From Planctomycetota bacterium (GTDB lineage: Bacteria > Planctomycetota > UBA1135 > UBA2386), in assembly GCA_965223545.1 (NCBI GenBank), contig OZ245006.1, positions 5,760,001 to 5,824,000 on the forward strand: a stretch of 64,000 nt of DNA. Reading direction: 5' to 3'. Shown here piece by piece: positions 6,360 through 16,347 of this stretch. The translations under genes and the position numbers were made by a program. The stretch's first letter is position 1. Every line of letters starts with the position of its first letter. Below the pieces are notes generated by a model, which was given only the letters and a program-made list of their open reading frames with translations, ran no database searches and had not been told where the DNA came from.

Positions 6360-9300
6360 TCAGAACCGGTACGCCAGCACCGTGCTGTCGATCGAAGGCG
6401 CGACTGCGGACGGGGTGTCGACGTTGTTCTCGAACACCAACCGCCAGTTCACGTAGACGATGTCGTCCGGGCCGAACGGCTCGTTGCCGCTGGCGAACGC
6501 GGCGAGCACGTGCGGCGACAGCAGCTCCTCGGGCTCGTCGCGGTAGTCGGTGATGTTGCGGTGGTAGAAGTGGGTCCACTGCGCGGTGCCGCCGCGGTCG
6601 TCGAACTTTCGGATGTGCGCGTCGCCCGCTTTGAGCGGGTCGAGATCGACGTTGCCCGCGGTCGGCAACGGCAGGCCGAGCGCCAGTGCCCGCCAGGGCG
6701 AGGGGTCGACCGCGCCGGCGGCGCGCATCTGCGGGCGCACCGAGGTGCCGGCGGGCAGCCGTGTCGCCGGCGGGTCCAGGGTGATCTGCATCGAGCGGAT
6801 CGTGCCGATGGCATACGGTCCGAGCCTCGGATCGGTGCCGCTGGCGGGCATGCGGTGTGGATTGCGTACATCGACGAAGCCCGCAGTTGCCACCGACATG
6901 CGGCGCAGGAAGTCGGCCCGCACCCAGTACACCGTGTTGTCGCCCCACGCCGTCGGATTGCCGGCCGGGTCGAAGCCGCCGGTGGCTCGCGTCTGTTGCT
7001 GCGGCTCGACCCGAATCGGCCCGGAGGCGGTGCGGCCGCCGGCGGAGACGACCCGGAAACTGGGCGAGGCCTGGGCGGCGATGCCGAGTGACACTTGCCA
7101 ACCGTTGAAGCCGGTGGCCATGAACGGATAGGCCGCCGGCAGCGTCGGCGAATCGGGATAGACCCAGAAGTCGGCCAGCAAGGGGAGGGCGATGCTCGCC
7201 AGAAGCCCATCGGTGATCGATTCGAACGAGGCGCTGCTCGACAGCGAGCTGTTGCGGAAGTTCGACCAGGTACCGCTGACTCGCACCAGGTTGCCGTTTG
7301 CGTCGGGGGCGTAGTGCTCGCCCGCGCCGCCGAGGAAGGGCGAGCACAGGTACGGCGTCGTGATGCGGTCGTTGCCTCGGCTGGAGCGACCGCCTTGCTC
7401 GGTGGCGGTCTCGTCGCGCCAGACGAAGTACGGGCGCTGGAAGGGCGGCATCGGCAAGTACTGGATCTGCCCCTGGGGACCGGTGATCGCCTTGGTGTGC
7501 GTCATGGTCCAGATCTGGTCGACGAACGCGGCGACCGGCTGCGGTCGGCGCTCGACCTCGCCGAGCAGGTCGAGGTTGCGGGCCGCGTTCTCGTCGAACT
7601 GACGGCGCAACCCCGATCCCGGCGCCGCCGGCAGACCACCGCGGTTGACGCAGTTTTCGGGCCGCCACTCGGCGTGCGACAGGAACAGGCTGGTGCGGTC
7701 GAACTCGTCGAACAGGACCGGGTCCAATTGGAAGGGGGCCCACCACATCTGCTCGATGTCGAGATTGAAGTCGGCCGGGTCCTCGCAGCTCAGTCCCAGG
7801 TCCATCTCCCGCCAAGTGGATTGCAGGCGCGCGCCGAGCGGGTTCATCGGGTTCTGGACGCCCTGACCGAACACCGCCGACGCGCTGCGGGTGATCGCCT
7901 CGCCGTTTGCGCAGGCCCACGAGGGGGGCGCCGGTTGGTTGCGGGCGTCGACGTGGCCCGAGGACCGGCTGGTCGGCCGCGCGACGAGGCGGCCGTTGCC
8001 GTCGTAGCCGGCGGCGCCAAACAGGTCGGCGATCGGTGCCGCCGCGGGGAACGGCTGTCCCGGCAGCTCGGCGTCGCGGTGGTAGGACGGCCGCTCGTCT
8101 TCGTCCTCGGTCTGCAGACGGCGCACGCAGTACGCAACCCTGTTGTCGCGCGCGTCGGCGTCGAGCGCGAACGGCACCGCGATGCCGTCGGCGGTGCGCC
8201 GCGGATCCGGAACGGAGAACCCCAGGTCGAGGGGCTCGCCGGCGAGATCTTCGACACCGCCGGCGCCGCCGCGCAGGTGAGCGAAGTACCGGTAGCGTCG
8301 TTGCTCGAACGCGATGCCTCGTTCGCGCACGGTCTCGTCCAGATACAGGCCGAGCATGGGCGACAGGCGCACCAGGGTCTGTGAGCCGTTCTCGTCCAGC
8401 GCCCGGCAGCCGACCAGGTACGGCGTGATGAACTTGTCTGCGTTGAACGAGGCCCGCGGAATCACCGCGCCGGTGCGCGCCGGCCCCGAGCCGAGCCGAA
8501 AGGCCTCCAGCGCGTCGCGATCGAACGCATCGTGCATGGCCAGAAACAGCGTGTCGTGCGGCCGGACGCTGTCGAGTGCGACGGGTTTGGAGAACTCCAC
8601 CGCGACCGAGGCGAACGGGTCCACGCCGACGTGGTGCGGGCGCGGGGTGATGCCGCCGGGCGCGAATCGGATGAACAGCGCGGGGTCGTCCCCGGTGACC
8701 TCCGTCGGCTCGGCCGGGTTGCGACGGCTGCCCTCGAAGGGCGCCACCAGCACCGCGCGCGGCGCGTTCTGCCGCAGCCAGGCCGGCAGCTGCTGGGGAT
8801 CGGTCGGGTAACCGGGAGCGGTGCTGGGATCGAGCGCGAGCAGTGCGCGGTCATCCGGCACGACGACATCGACGTGGCCGACTTCGGGCCTGCTCCTGTC
8901 GCCATCGGGGTCGACCAGAACTTCGGAGAAGATCGGTGCGCTTCCGCTGCGGCGGGGGCGGATCACCAGAGCGTCGCCGGCGTCGATCTCGTGCCGCAGA
9001 CCGTCCTTGTAGAGCCGGGCCACCAGCGTCGTCGGGTCCCGGCGGGTGACCCGCTCCAACAGGAACGGGACTCGACCGATCAGTCGCGGCGGGGTGGCGT
9101 CGCGGACGAAACCGCGCGAGACTTCGCTGCCGGTGTCGTTGGCGTTGCCGGCGCGGAAGTCCCGCACGATGCTCGAGTTGCCGGTTCCGTTCCAACCCGT
9201 GAGCGCGCCGCGGGTCGCCGGCCGCACGCCCGGCAGACTCAGCGGGCCGTCCAGGGCGATCGCGATGCGGATGTTGGCGTCGCGTTGGTTGTCGGACGGC

Positions 9301-10040
9301 GGCAGCCCCGTGGGCGTGTTGCGCCATCCCCAGCGCGGCCCCTCGTCGCCGAGCAGCACCGGATCCAGGATGATCTGCTTGCCGTGGACGGCGATGCGCG
9401 CGGGAATCGGCACGAAGGCGCCGCCGCGCGGTGGATTGTTGGGATCGGCGGCGATCTGCAGCAGCTGCACCGCCTCGGTGTTGCGCAGCCCGGTGATGTT
9501 GCCATTCGCGTCGCGCGCGACGAAGAAGTCGTCGTCGACGCCGAGGTTGTGCGAGAACGTCAGCCGCAGCCCGCAGTTGCGTGGCACCAGGGAGAACGGC
9601 ATCGTCCGCAGTGGATCCACCCGCGCGTCGAGCACGGTGCGGACCGTGCGCGACAACATCTGAAACGCGTGGCGGAACTCGGCACTGCCTTCGGCTGCGT
9701 CGATCAAGAGACGCAGCTGGAGGTCGCGCGCGTCGGGGCTGAGCATCCGGTAGCGCAAACCGGTGAGGCCGGCGACCGGCTTGCCGTCGCCGATGTCGGT
9801 GCCGATCAGCACGTCGCGCGCCACGCGACGAATGCCGCCGCCGAGCTCGCGCGCGTAGACATCGGCCAGCCGGCCAAACTCGACGCGCACGAGCTCGGCG
9901 TTGCCGCCGGGCGTGGGGTCGTCGGCGCCACCGATGGCTCCGTCGCACGCCATGATACCGAGCGCCAGCACGGCGCTCGCTGTTGCCTTGACCGCAGCAC
10001 GTCGCCGGCGCTGCGGTCTTGACTCGCCGCGTCCTCGCAT
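6360..10040 (-). CDS. Large secreted lipoprotein (1226 aa) with Ig-like segment, function unknown
   Basis: Lipobox-like LGIMAC; GVDPFASVAVEFSKPV resembles an Ig-like (Big_5) start; long coherent ORF. Confidence 0.75.
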   Translation of the reverse strand: MRGRGESRPQRRRRAAVKATASAVLALGIMACDGAIGGADDPTPGGNAELVRVEFGRLADVYARELGGGIRRVARDVLIGTDIGDGKPVAGLTGLRYRMLSPDARDLQLRLLIDAAEGSAEFRHAFQMLSRTVRTVLDARVDPLRTMPFSLVPRNCGLRLTFSHNLGVDDDFFVARDANGNITGLRNTEAVQLLQIAADPNNPPRGGAFVPIPARIAVHGKQIILDPVLLGDEGPRWGWRNTPTGLPPSDNQRDANIRIAIALDGPLSLPGVRPATRGALTGWNGTGNSSIVRDFRAGNANDTGSEVSRGFVRDATPPRLIGRVPFLLERVTRRDPTTLVARLYKDGLRHEIDAGDALVIRPRRSGSAPIFSEVLVDPDGDRSRPEVGHVDVVVPDDRALLALDPSTAPGYPTDPQQLPAWLRQNAPRAVLVAPFEGSRRNPAEPTEVTGDDPALFIRFAPGGITPRPHHVGVDPFASVAVEFSKPVALDSVRPHDTLFLAMHDAFDRDALEAFRLGSGPARTGAVIPRASFNADKFITPYLVGCRALDENGSQTLVRLSPMLGLYLDETVRERGIAFEQRRYRYFAHLRGGAGGVEDLAGEPLDLGFSVPDPRRTADGIAVPFALDADARDNRVAYCVRRLQTEDEDERPSYHRDAELPGQPFPAAAPIADLFGAAGYDGNGRLVARPTSRSSGHVDARNQPAPPSWACANGEAITRSASAVFGQGVQNPMNPLGARLQSTWREMDLGLSCEDPADFNLDIEQMWWAPFQLDPVLFDEFDRTSLFLSHAEWRPENCVNRGGLPAAPGSGLRRQFDENAARNLDLLGEVERRPQPVAAFVDQIWTMTHTKAITGPQGQIQYLPMPPFQRPYFVWRDETATEQGGRSSRGNDRITTPYLCSPFLGGAGEHYAPDANGNLVRVSGTWSNFRNSSLSSSASFESITDGLLASIALPLLADFWVYPDSPTLPAAYPFMATGFNGWQVSLGIAAQASPSFRVVSAGGRTASGPIRVEPQQQTRATGGFDPAGNPTAWGDNTVYWVRADFLRRMSVATAGFVDVRNPHRMPASGTDPRLGPYAIGTIRSMQITLDPPATRLPAGTSVRPQMRAAGAVDPSPWRALALGLPLPTAGNVDLDPLKAGDAHIRKFDDRGGTAQWTHFYHRNITDYRDEPEELLSPHVLAAFASGNEPFGPDDIVYVNWRLVFENNVDTPSAVAPSIDSTVLAYRF

Positions 10041-10166
10041 GAAAGCGACCTCCGTTCGAGCCCCCGGACCACGGGGCGACTACTGGTTAGCTCATAGCGG
10101 TGCTGGTCCGACGAGGTAACCGCTCTCGGCAGCGGCTCGGCGAGCGGCGCTTGCGGAGGTCGGCGA

Positions 10167-12149
10167 TCAGCTCGCGGCGGACCCCAGCGCGGCCGCCAGC
10201 GCGCGACGCCGGTTCTCGTCGAAGGAGCGGCCGCCGAAGCGAACGTCTTGATAGGCGCGGAACGCCGCCGCCAGCGCGTCGTGGTCGAGTCCCTTCACCC
10301 GTTGCAGCGCCGCGAGATAGGCCTCGAGCGAGGTGTTGCGCGCCCGGGGGTGGCCTGCGTCGGCGAGTCGCTGCAGCAATCGCAGCAGCAGCTGGCGGCA
10401 CGCCTTCACGTCGCTGGTCGTGGCGGGCGCCGTGCTCCGCTGCACGCGCGCCGGGCGCAGCAGCATCAGGGCCGCGAGGATCAACAGGCCGAGCCAGGGA
10501 GCGACCTTTCCCGCTCGCGACGACCACCGGTCCCAGTCGAGGGCGTCCCAGGCACTCTGCTGGAGCTGCAGCTCCGGTCCGGTGTCCGGCGTCTCGGTCG
10601 GCGTCGGCCATCGGGCCGTCGCGTCGGCCAAGATGGCGGCCGGGGTTGGATCGAACACCACCCAGCCGAGCTCCTCGAACGGCAGCTCGACCCACGCGTG
10701 CGCATGTCGTGAGCCGAAGATCCGCTCGTTGGATTCGCTGCCGGTGGTGCCCCCGTACAGCCCGACGGCGATCCGACACGGCACGCCGGAGTGCCTGAGC
10801 AGCACCGCCATCGCCGAGGCGAAGTGCATGCAGAAACCGCGATTGTCGCCGAACAAGAAGTTGACGAGTGCGTGCTGCGAGTCGCCGACGGGGTCGCGCA
10901 GTGCGTAGCCGCAGCGGCGGCCCAGTCCGTGCGCGATGTTGGTGGCGATCGTCTCGGGACGATGCGCGCCGTCGGCGAGCTCGCGGGCGAGCCGAGCCAA
11001 GTCGTCGCGCCGCAGCGCCGCCGGCAGTGCGGTCAAGTGCGAGAACCGCCCGTCGATCGGCGTGCCGACCACCGCCTCGCCCAGGTCTTGGAACTGTACG
11101 CGGTATTGGATCGGGCCGCGCGGCGCCGCCTCGCGCAGGCTCGCGCTGAGCGGCTCGACCCAGAGCCGCGGGCCGTCGTTCGGCGCGAAGATCTCGAACG
11201 TGCCCGGCGGCACGTAGATGAAGCCCGAATGCCCCTCGAGCCGGTGAATGTCGAGAGGCTGGGCGCGCACGCCGGGAACCGGTCGCTGAAAGTAGCGGCG
11301 GCGGCGCAGATCGTGCCGCTGTGGTTGCACCGGCGCGACATCCCAGCGGTCGATGCCGGCGACGTCGAAGTGTCCGCAGCGCAGGTACAAGTCGTCGGGA
11401 GCGGTTGCGTCGGGTGCGACCCGCACGCTGACCAGCTCGTCCTCGATCAGGTTGAGCGGCCCGGTCGGTCCGCGGCCGAGCTCGAACTGCGTGCTCACGC
11501 CGACTTGGCGTGGTGGCGCGGGTGCGGTCCGCAGCGCGGTGCGGTTCGGATTCGGCAAACTGCGCAGTAGCTGGTATGCCCCGCTGAAGGCCAGCAGGCA
11601 CGCCGCGGCGACCGCCGCTCGATGCAGGTTGCGTCCGGTGCGCGATGCGGCTGCCAGCCGCGCGGCGACCGCGCGCAGCGTGCGCGCCCGGCGCGACTCG
11701 TGCTGCAGCACCAGCGAGGCCGCGCACACGAACACGATGACCTGGCCCAGCGGCGTGCGGCTCTGCAGGATGGCACCGATCAGCAGCACGCACAGCGACA
11801 AGAACAGCGAGTGCAGGATGTCGAGCTCTTGATAGCGCAGCGTCGAGTATGCGAGTGGCGCGATCAGCAGATACGTCAGCGCCGCCTGCGGCACGGGTGC
11901 GGCGTCGGTTTGGAAGATGACGAAGGCCAGCGTTCCCTGCAGCATGGCCGCGGCGGCCAGGCGCTCGACGAAGGAGAGGCGGCCGAAGACCGAGCCGGTG
12001 TTGCCCAGCCACAAGAACAGCACGCCGGGCAACGCGAACAGGATCAGCCACAGCGGCGAGAACAGCTGCATCGGCAGTGCCGCGGCCGCGCTGCCGACCG
12101 CGGCGGCGCGGGCCATGCCGACGATGTGCGGGCGGCGGCTCGGCGTCAC
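10167..12149 (-). CDS. Membrane transglutaminase-like protein (TgpA/DUF3488 type)
   Basis: GFCMHFASAMAVLLR...HAWVE...GWVVFDPTP Cys-His-Asp triad; N-terminal TM bundle; GTG overlaps the DUF58 stop. Confidence 0.9.
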   Translation of the reverse strand: MTPSRRPHIVGMARAAAVGSAAAALPMQLFSPLWLILFALPGVLFLWLGNTGSVFGRLSFVERLAAAAMLQGTLAFVIFQTDAAPVPQAALTYLLIAPLAYSTLRYQELDILHSLFLSLCVLLIGAILQSRTPLGQVIVFVCAASLVLQHESRRARTLRAVAARLAAASRTGRNLHRAAVAAACLLAFSGAYQLLRSLPNPNRTALRTAPAPPRQVGVSTQFELGRGPTGPLNLIEDELVSVRVAPDATAPDDLYLRCGHFDVAGIDRWDVAPVQPQRHDLRRRRYFQRPVPGVRAQPLDIHRLEGHSGFIYVPPGTFEIFAPNDGPRLWVEPLSASLREAAPRGPIQYRVQFQDLGEAVVGTPIDGRFSHLTALPAALRRDDLARLARELADGAHRPETIATNIAHGLGRRCGYALRDPVGDSQHALVNFLFGDNRGFCMHFASAMAVLLRHSGVPCRIAVGLYGGTTGSESNERIFGSRHAHAWVELPFEELGWVVFDPTPAAILADATARWPTPTETPDTGPELQLQQSAWDALDWDRWSSRAGKVAPWLGLLILAALMLLRPARVQRSTAPATTSDVKACRQLLLRLLQRLADAGHPRARNTSLEAYLAALQRVKGLDHDALAAAFRAYQDVRFGGRSFDENRRRALAAALGSAAS

Positions 12150-13219
12150 CGCTGCCTCCGGCGCTGAATCAGCCGAACGTTGCCGACCGCGGCCCGGTCG
12201 TCGCGGGCAGCGAACCCGCCCCCGGCGACCCACAGGCACGTGCCGAACGATCTCAGCGTCTCGATGTGCTCTTCGTGCAAGCTGTGGTGCACGACCGTGC
12301 TGGCGGATGCCAGCGCTGTGAGCAGCTCTTCGGTGGCGAGTGGCGCGCGGCAAGAGGTCTGCGCTACCGAGTCGTCGACGAGGAAAACCGTGAGCTCGTA
12401 GCCGCGCTGCGGCAGCTGATCGATCAGGGTCGCGGCGGCGCCGAGCGACCACTCGAGCTGGCGGTTGCGCGGGGTGGCGGCGTAGCCCGGCGGCCGGCGC
12501 AGGTCGATCACGACGCAGGTGTCGCGGTCCACTTCGCCGCGCATATCACGGGCCACCAGCGTCGCGGATGCCGCCGACCGCAGTGCATGCACGCTGCGCG
12601 CGTCCTCGCCCACCCGGTACTCGCGCAGCGCGTAGAAATCCTGGCTGCCGAGCCGGCGCTGCGCCGGCACTCCGGAGGCCTCGATCTGGGATGGCAGCCA
12701 GTGCGTCGCCAGATCGACGCGGGCCGGCTCGGAGATGACCTCGGCGTCGCATTGCAGCACCGCCCAGTTGCGCACCAGCCCGAGCGGGTAGCAGGTCTCA
12801 CACTCCCATTCGCGCCGCGCGTAGCGGCCGCGCCGCAGGCAGCGCGCGGGTAGGTGAGCGGTCGCCGATTCGCCGGCGCCCAGGAGCTCCAGGTGGGCCG
12901 CGCCGGCGCGCGTGCGCGTCGCGGGTTCGGAGAGAAACAGATCGCGCACGGCGCGGCGCGGGCTGCGGTTGTAGATATGCACCCGCTCCTCGAACAGCGC
13001 ACCGGCCTGGGTACGGCGTGGCGCCACGCTGACTTCGAGCTGCGGCAGGCCGCCGATGCGCCACAGCGCGTCGACCAGCAGCGGGGCGAGCAGCAGGGCG
13101 GCGCCGAGGCACGCGTTGGGGTCACCGGTCATCCAGGCACCGAGGCTGGCGAGTGAGGCCAGCAACGCCAGCATGCGCCCGCGCAGCGTGAGCTCCCAGC
13201 GCGTCTTCACTCGGTCCAC
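12146..13219 (-). CDS. DUF58 domain protein
   Basis: DFYALREYRVGEDARSVHALRSA motif; lies between MoxR and the transglutaminase; start approximate. Confidence 0.88.
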   Translation of the reverse strand: MDRVKTRWELTLRGRMLALLASLASLGAWMTGDPNACLGAALLLAPLLVDALWRIGGLPQLEVSVAPRRTQAGALFEERVHIYNRSPRRAVRDLFLSEPATRTRAGAAHLELLGAGESATAHLPARCLRRGRYARREWECETCYPLGLVRNWAVLQCDAEVISEPARVDLATHWLPSQIEASGVPAQRRLGSQDFYALREYRVGEDARSVHALRSAASATLVARDMRGEVDRDTCVVIDLRRPPGYAATPRNRQLEWSLGAAATLIDQLPQRGYELTVFLVDDSVAQTSCRAPLATEELLTALASASTVVHHSLHEEHIETLRSFGTCLWVAGGGFAARDDRAAVGNVRLIQRRRQR

Positions 13220-13224
13220 GGTAC

Positions 13225-14154
13225 TCAGTCGGGGCTTTCCACCGCCGTCAAGATCTCGCCCAGCAGCGCTTCGGCAGCGGTGTCGCCGCCGCGCGCGATC
13301 ATGCGGTGGGCGAACACCGGCACCATGAGGGCGCGGACGTCGTCGGGGACGGCGTAGTCCCGGTCGTGGACCAGGGCGCGGGCCCGGCAGGCGCGGTGCA
13401 GTGCCTGCGCCGCTCGCGTACTCACGCCGACGCGGATCTCCGCCGTCTTTCTGGTGCGGCTGGCGAGCTCGACGATGTAGGCGGCGAGCTCGCGCTGGAC
13501 GGTGACCGCCCGGGTCTGCGCCTGCGCGGCGAGCAGATCGGCCGCGGTGCCCACCGGGGACAGCGCGGCGATGTGCTCGTGGCCGTCCTCGCGGGCGACG
13601 ATGTCGACCTCGTCGTCGCTGCCCGGGTAGCCGATGCGCACCCGCATCAAGAAGCGGTCGAGCTGACTCTCGGGCAGCGGATACGTGCCGGCAAAGGTCG
13701 TGGGGTTCTGCGTGGCGACGACGAAGAACGGATCGGGCAGCGCGTGGGTGACCCGGTCGATCGAGACGCTGCGCTCCTGCATCGCTTCCAGCAGCGCGGA
13801 CTGAGTGCGTGGGGGAGTGCGGTTGAGCTCGTCGGCGACCAGCACGGAGGTGAACACCGGGCCCTGCCGGAAGCTGATCTCGCCGGTCTTCTGGTGGTAG
13901 ATCTGGGCGCCGACGATGTCGGCGGGCAGCAGGTCCGCGGTGCACTGCACGCGTTGGAACGGCAGGTCGAGGCAGCGGGCCAGTGCGCGTGCGAGCAGGG
14001 TCTTGCCGACCCCCGGCCGGTCCTCGATCAACAGGTGGCCGCGCGAAAGCAGGGTGATCGCGGCGAGCTCGATCACGTCGGGCTTGCCGGCGAGCGCCCG
14101 TCCGACCCCTTCACAGAGCGCTGCGGCGAAACGAGTGGTGGTGGACTGGGTCAT
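13225..14154 (-). CDS. moxR: MoxR-family AAA+ ATPase
   Basis: HLLIEDRPGVGKT, RVQCTADLLPAD, DELNRTPPRTQSALLEAMQE, ATQNP, PLPESQLDRF. Confidence 0.95.
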   Translation of the reverse strand: MTQSTTTRFAAALCEGVGRALAGKPDVIELAAITLLSRGHLLIEDRPGVGKTLLARALARCLDLPFQRVQCTADLLPADIVGAQIYHQKTGEISFRQGPVFTSVLVADELNRTPPRTQSALLEAMQERSVSIDRVTHALPDPFFVVATQNPTTFAGTYPLPESQLDRFLMRVRIGYPGSDDEVDIVAREDGHEHIAALSPVGTAADLLAAQAQTRAVTVQRELAAYIVELASRTRKTAEIRVGVSTRAAQALHRACRARALVHDRDYAVPDDVRALMVPVFAHRMIARGGDTAAEALLGEILTAVESPD

Positions 14155-14370
14155 GTGGGGTGCGTGGGGACGCCCACGCCGAAGCGCAGTGTACGGGATC
14201 GGGGGCCGCGGTCCCGCGTTCGAATGCGCCGGGCGGCTTGCTCAACGCGGACAGCAGTGCGTCGGATCAGTCGGAGACCGCCGGGCGCCGGGGCGTGCCC
14301 GGACCGGAAAATATTGTGCGGGCTGCACTCGCGGTCCATCGGCCGCGGCCAGAGTGTCGATAGCAGGGGC

Positions 14371-15495
14371 ATGGTCGCGATCGCGTCGGTGTGCTGTTGG
14401 GCCTTGCTGTCCGTCCAGGCTCCGGAGGCGGAGCCGGTCAGCGACGCCTTGGCGGTGATCGTCACCGAGCGACGAGTCGGCGGAGCGTTGCCGTTGCAGC
14501 GGCTCGGGCTGGGCGATGGCGGGCTCGACGGAGACCGGTTGGCGGCCGCCGGTCCCCGCCTGGGGCGGACCCGCACCCCGGGCGGCGTGCTGGTGCGCGC
14601 GCAGGCGCAGGGTGTCAAGCTCGACTTCCCTTCCGGCGCTGAGCTGTTGGCGGCGCCGGACGGTTGGCTGCACGGTCGCGACGACAGGGCCCACGTGGCG
14701 CGCAGCGGAACCTACGAGCTGTGGTTGGCGGACGGCACGCGCGTGCGCATCGGCCTCGCCGGGCCCCGGCGGCCGTTGGCCAAAGTGGAGTGCATCGCGG
14801 GTTCGCGGTCGTTGGTCTTGTTCCGGGGGCGCCGGCCGCAGTTGCAGTGGGTGGCGGCGCCGCCGCCTGCGCCGATCACCGTGGCCGTGCTCGGGCGCGG
14901 CGACGTGCTCTACCGCGCCGCCGCGACCGGACCGATCCTGACCCTCGAACGCCTCGTCTGTCCGCCCGCCGCCCGCCGCGTCTATCCCGAGCACCGCGTC
15001 GTGCTGGCCGGCGCGCCGCTCGCGGCATCGCTGGTCGCGTTGCCGGCGCGCGTCCCGCCGAAGCCGCTGGAGTTCCCGGCAGCGCCGGCAATCGCCGCCG
15101 AGGTGGCGCGCGCTGCGGGCGTGCTGTTTCCCACGGGCTTCCGGGAGCGGCCGCCGCGGGCGGTCGGCGAAGTCCTGTTCGAGCTGTCGGGAGGGCTGCG
15201 GCTTTGGATTGACGAGGAGCCGGAGCACGGTCTCGCGCTGGCGCTGGGTCCGCCGGCCGGCGAGGCGGTCGTCGAATGGCGCTGCGGCAGCCGCACGACG
15301 CTGCAGCTCATGCGTCCACCTGCGGAAGACGATGGCGGCCCGCGCTACTTCGGTCGCGCGGTCGACTTGACCGATTGGGTTCGACCGCTTTGGCCGCTGC
15401 GGCCATCGGCGGCGGGCGACGCCCAAGTGCGCGCCGTCTTGGCTGCGCTGCGCCGGCCCCGCCCCGTTGCGGCCGGCTTCGACGCCGGCCGTTGA
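14371..15495 (+). CDS. Hypothetical secreted protein
   Basis: Signal-like N-terminus; divergent from moxR; no family recognised. Confidence 0.6.
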   Translation: MVAIASVCCWALLSVQAPEAEPVSDALAVIVTERRVGGALPLQRLGLGDGGLDGDRLAAAGPRLGRTRTPGGVLVRAQAQGVKLDFPSGAELLAAPDGWLHGRDDRAHVARSGTYELWLADGTRVRIGLAGPRRPLAKVECIAGSRSLVLFRGRRPQLQWVAAPPPAPITVAVLGRGDVLYRAAATGPILTLERLVCPPAARRVYPEHRVVLAGAPLAASLVALPARVPPKPLEFPAAPAIAAEVARAAGVLFPTGFRERPPRAVGEVLFELSGGLRLWIDEEPEHGLALALGPPAGEAVVEWRCGSRTTLQLMRPPAEDDGGPRYFGRAVDLTDWVRPLWPLRPSAAGDAQVRAVLAALRRPRPVAAGFDAGR

Positions 15496-15704
15496 ACGAT
15501 TCGCGGGCGCCTCGCGCGCGGCAGCCCGCGTTCGTCGTCCATGCTGCGAAAGCCTGGCCGGTTCCGCGGACTCCCTGCGCATTGGTTTTCGGGCACGGCC
15601 CGGCGGGATACGCAACCGAGGCGGTGCCCAACTCGCGAAATCTCGCTCAGGCCGACGTCTGGGCGAAGTCATCGCTGACACCACTGCCCTCAAGGAGATC
15701 CGAG

Positions 15705-16343
15705 ATGAGAGTTCGAATGACGTGCCTGCTGGGGATGATGTCCATGCTGACCCTGTTCAGCCCCGACGGCCGATCGCAAGTGGTCATCAAGCAAACCGCC
15801 GACGTGAACGGCCAAGGGATCGGAGGACCCTTGGTCTCCAAGAACGGTGCCCAGCTGCTCCGTACTCCGAATGGCATCATGATTGCGGCCTCGATGCCGA
15901 TCCCGGCCCCCGGAACCTATAGCTATCCCCCTGGGAATGCCTACCAGCCCACGGTCTTCATGGGGTCACCGGAGGTGTTCACCGGTTGGGTGTTCTTCTT
16001 CAACAACCCGAGTCAGTGTCTCGTTCCACACGCTTGCGTGCCACCTCCTGCGGGCACGCCGGCGCCGAACGACTTCACTCGGGCATCTGGCGGCGTTTAC
16101 AACTTCTCGGGCCACATAGTGGCTGGCGGCGGCCGACTGACTCTGCTCGGCCACATCTCTGTCGGACAAACACAGTTTGGCGGGCCGTCGACGCTGCAGA
16201 ATCCCCAGGGTGCCGAGATTCACGTCGCCATCGCGCCGCACGGCACCCTGCAACCGGCGCTCATGCCGACGCAGATCATGACGCCGATTGGCGGCCCGCC
16301 GCACTGGTGGTTGTCGCTCTTCCTGGATCCGGCGCAGAGCTGA
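15705..16343 (+). CDS. Hypothetical secreted protein (Pro/Gly-rich)
   Basis: AAGGAG RBS at 15692-15697, signal peptide, AEIHVAIAPHG motif. Confidence 0.75.
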   Translation: MRVRMTCLLGMMSMLTLFSPDGRSQVVIKQTADVNGQGIGGPLVSKNGAQLLRTPNGIMIAASMPIPAPGTYSYPPGNAYQPTVFMGSPEVFTGWVFFFNNPSQCLVPHACVPPPAGTPAPNDFTRASGGVYNFSGHIVAGGGRLTLLGHISVGQTQFGGPSTLQNPQGAEIHVAIAPHGTLQPALMPTQIMTPIGGPPHWWLSLFLDPAQS

Positions 16344-16347
16344 CCGA

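Noticed and set aside
15585..15680. Possible riboswitch upstream of 15705 (GGGCAC...GTGCCC stem)
   Set aside because: No recognisable conserved riboswitch core; a single GC stem is insufficient
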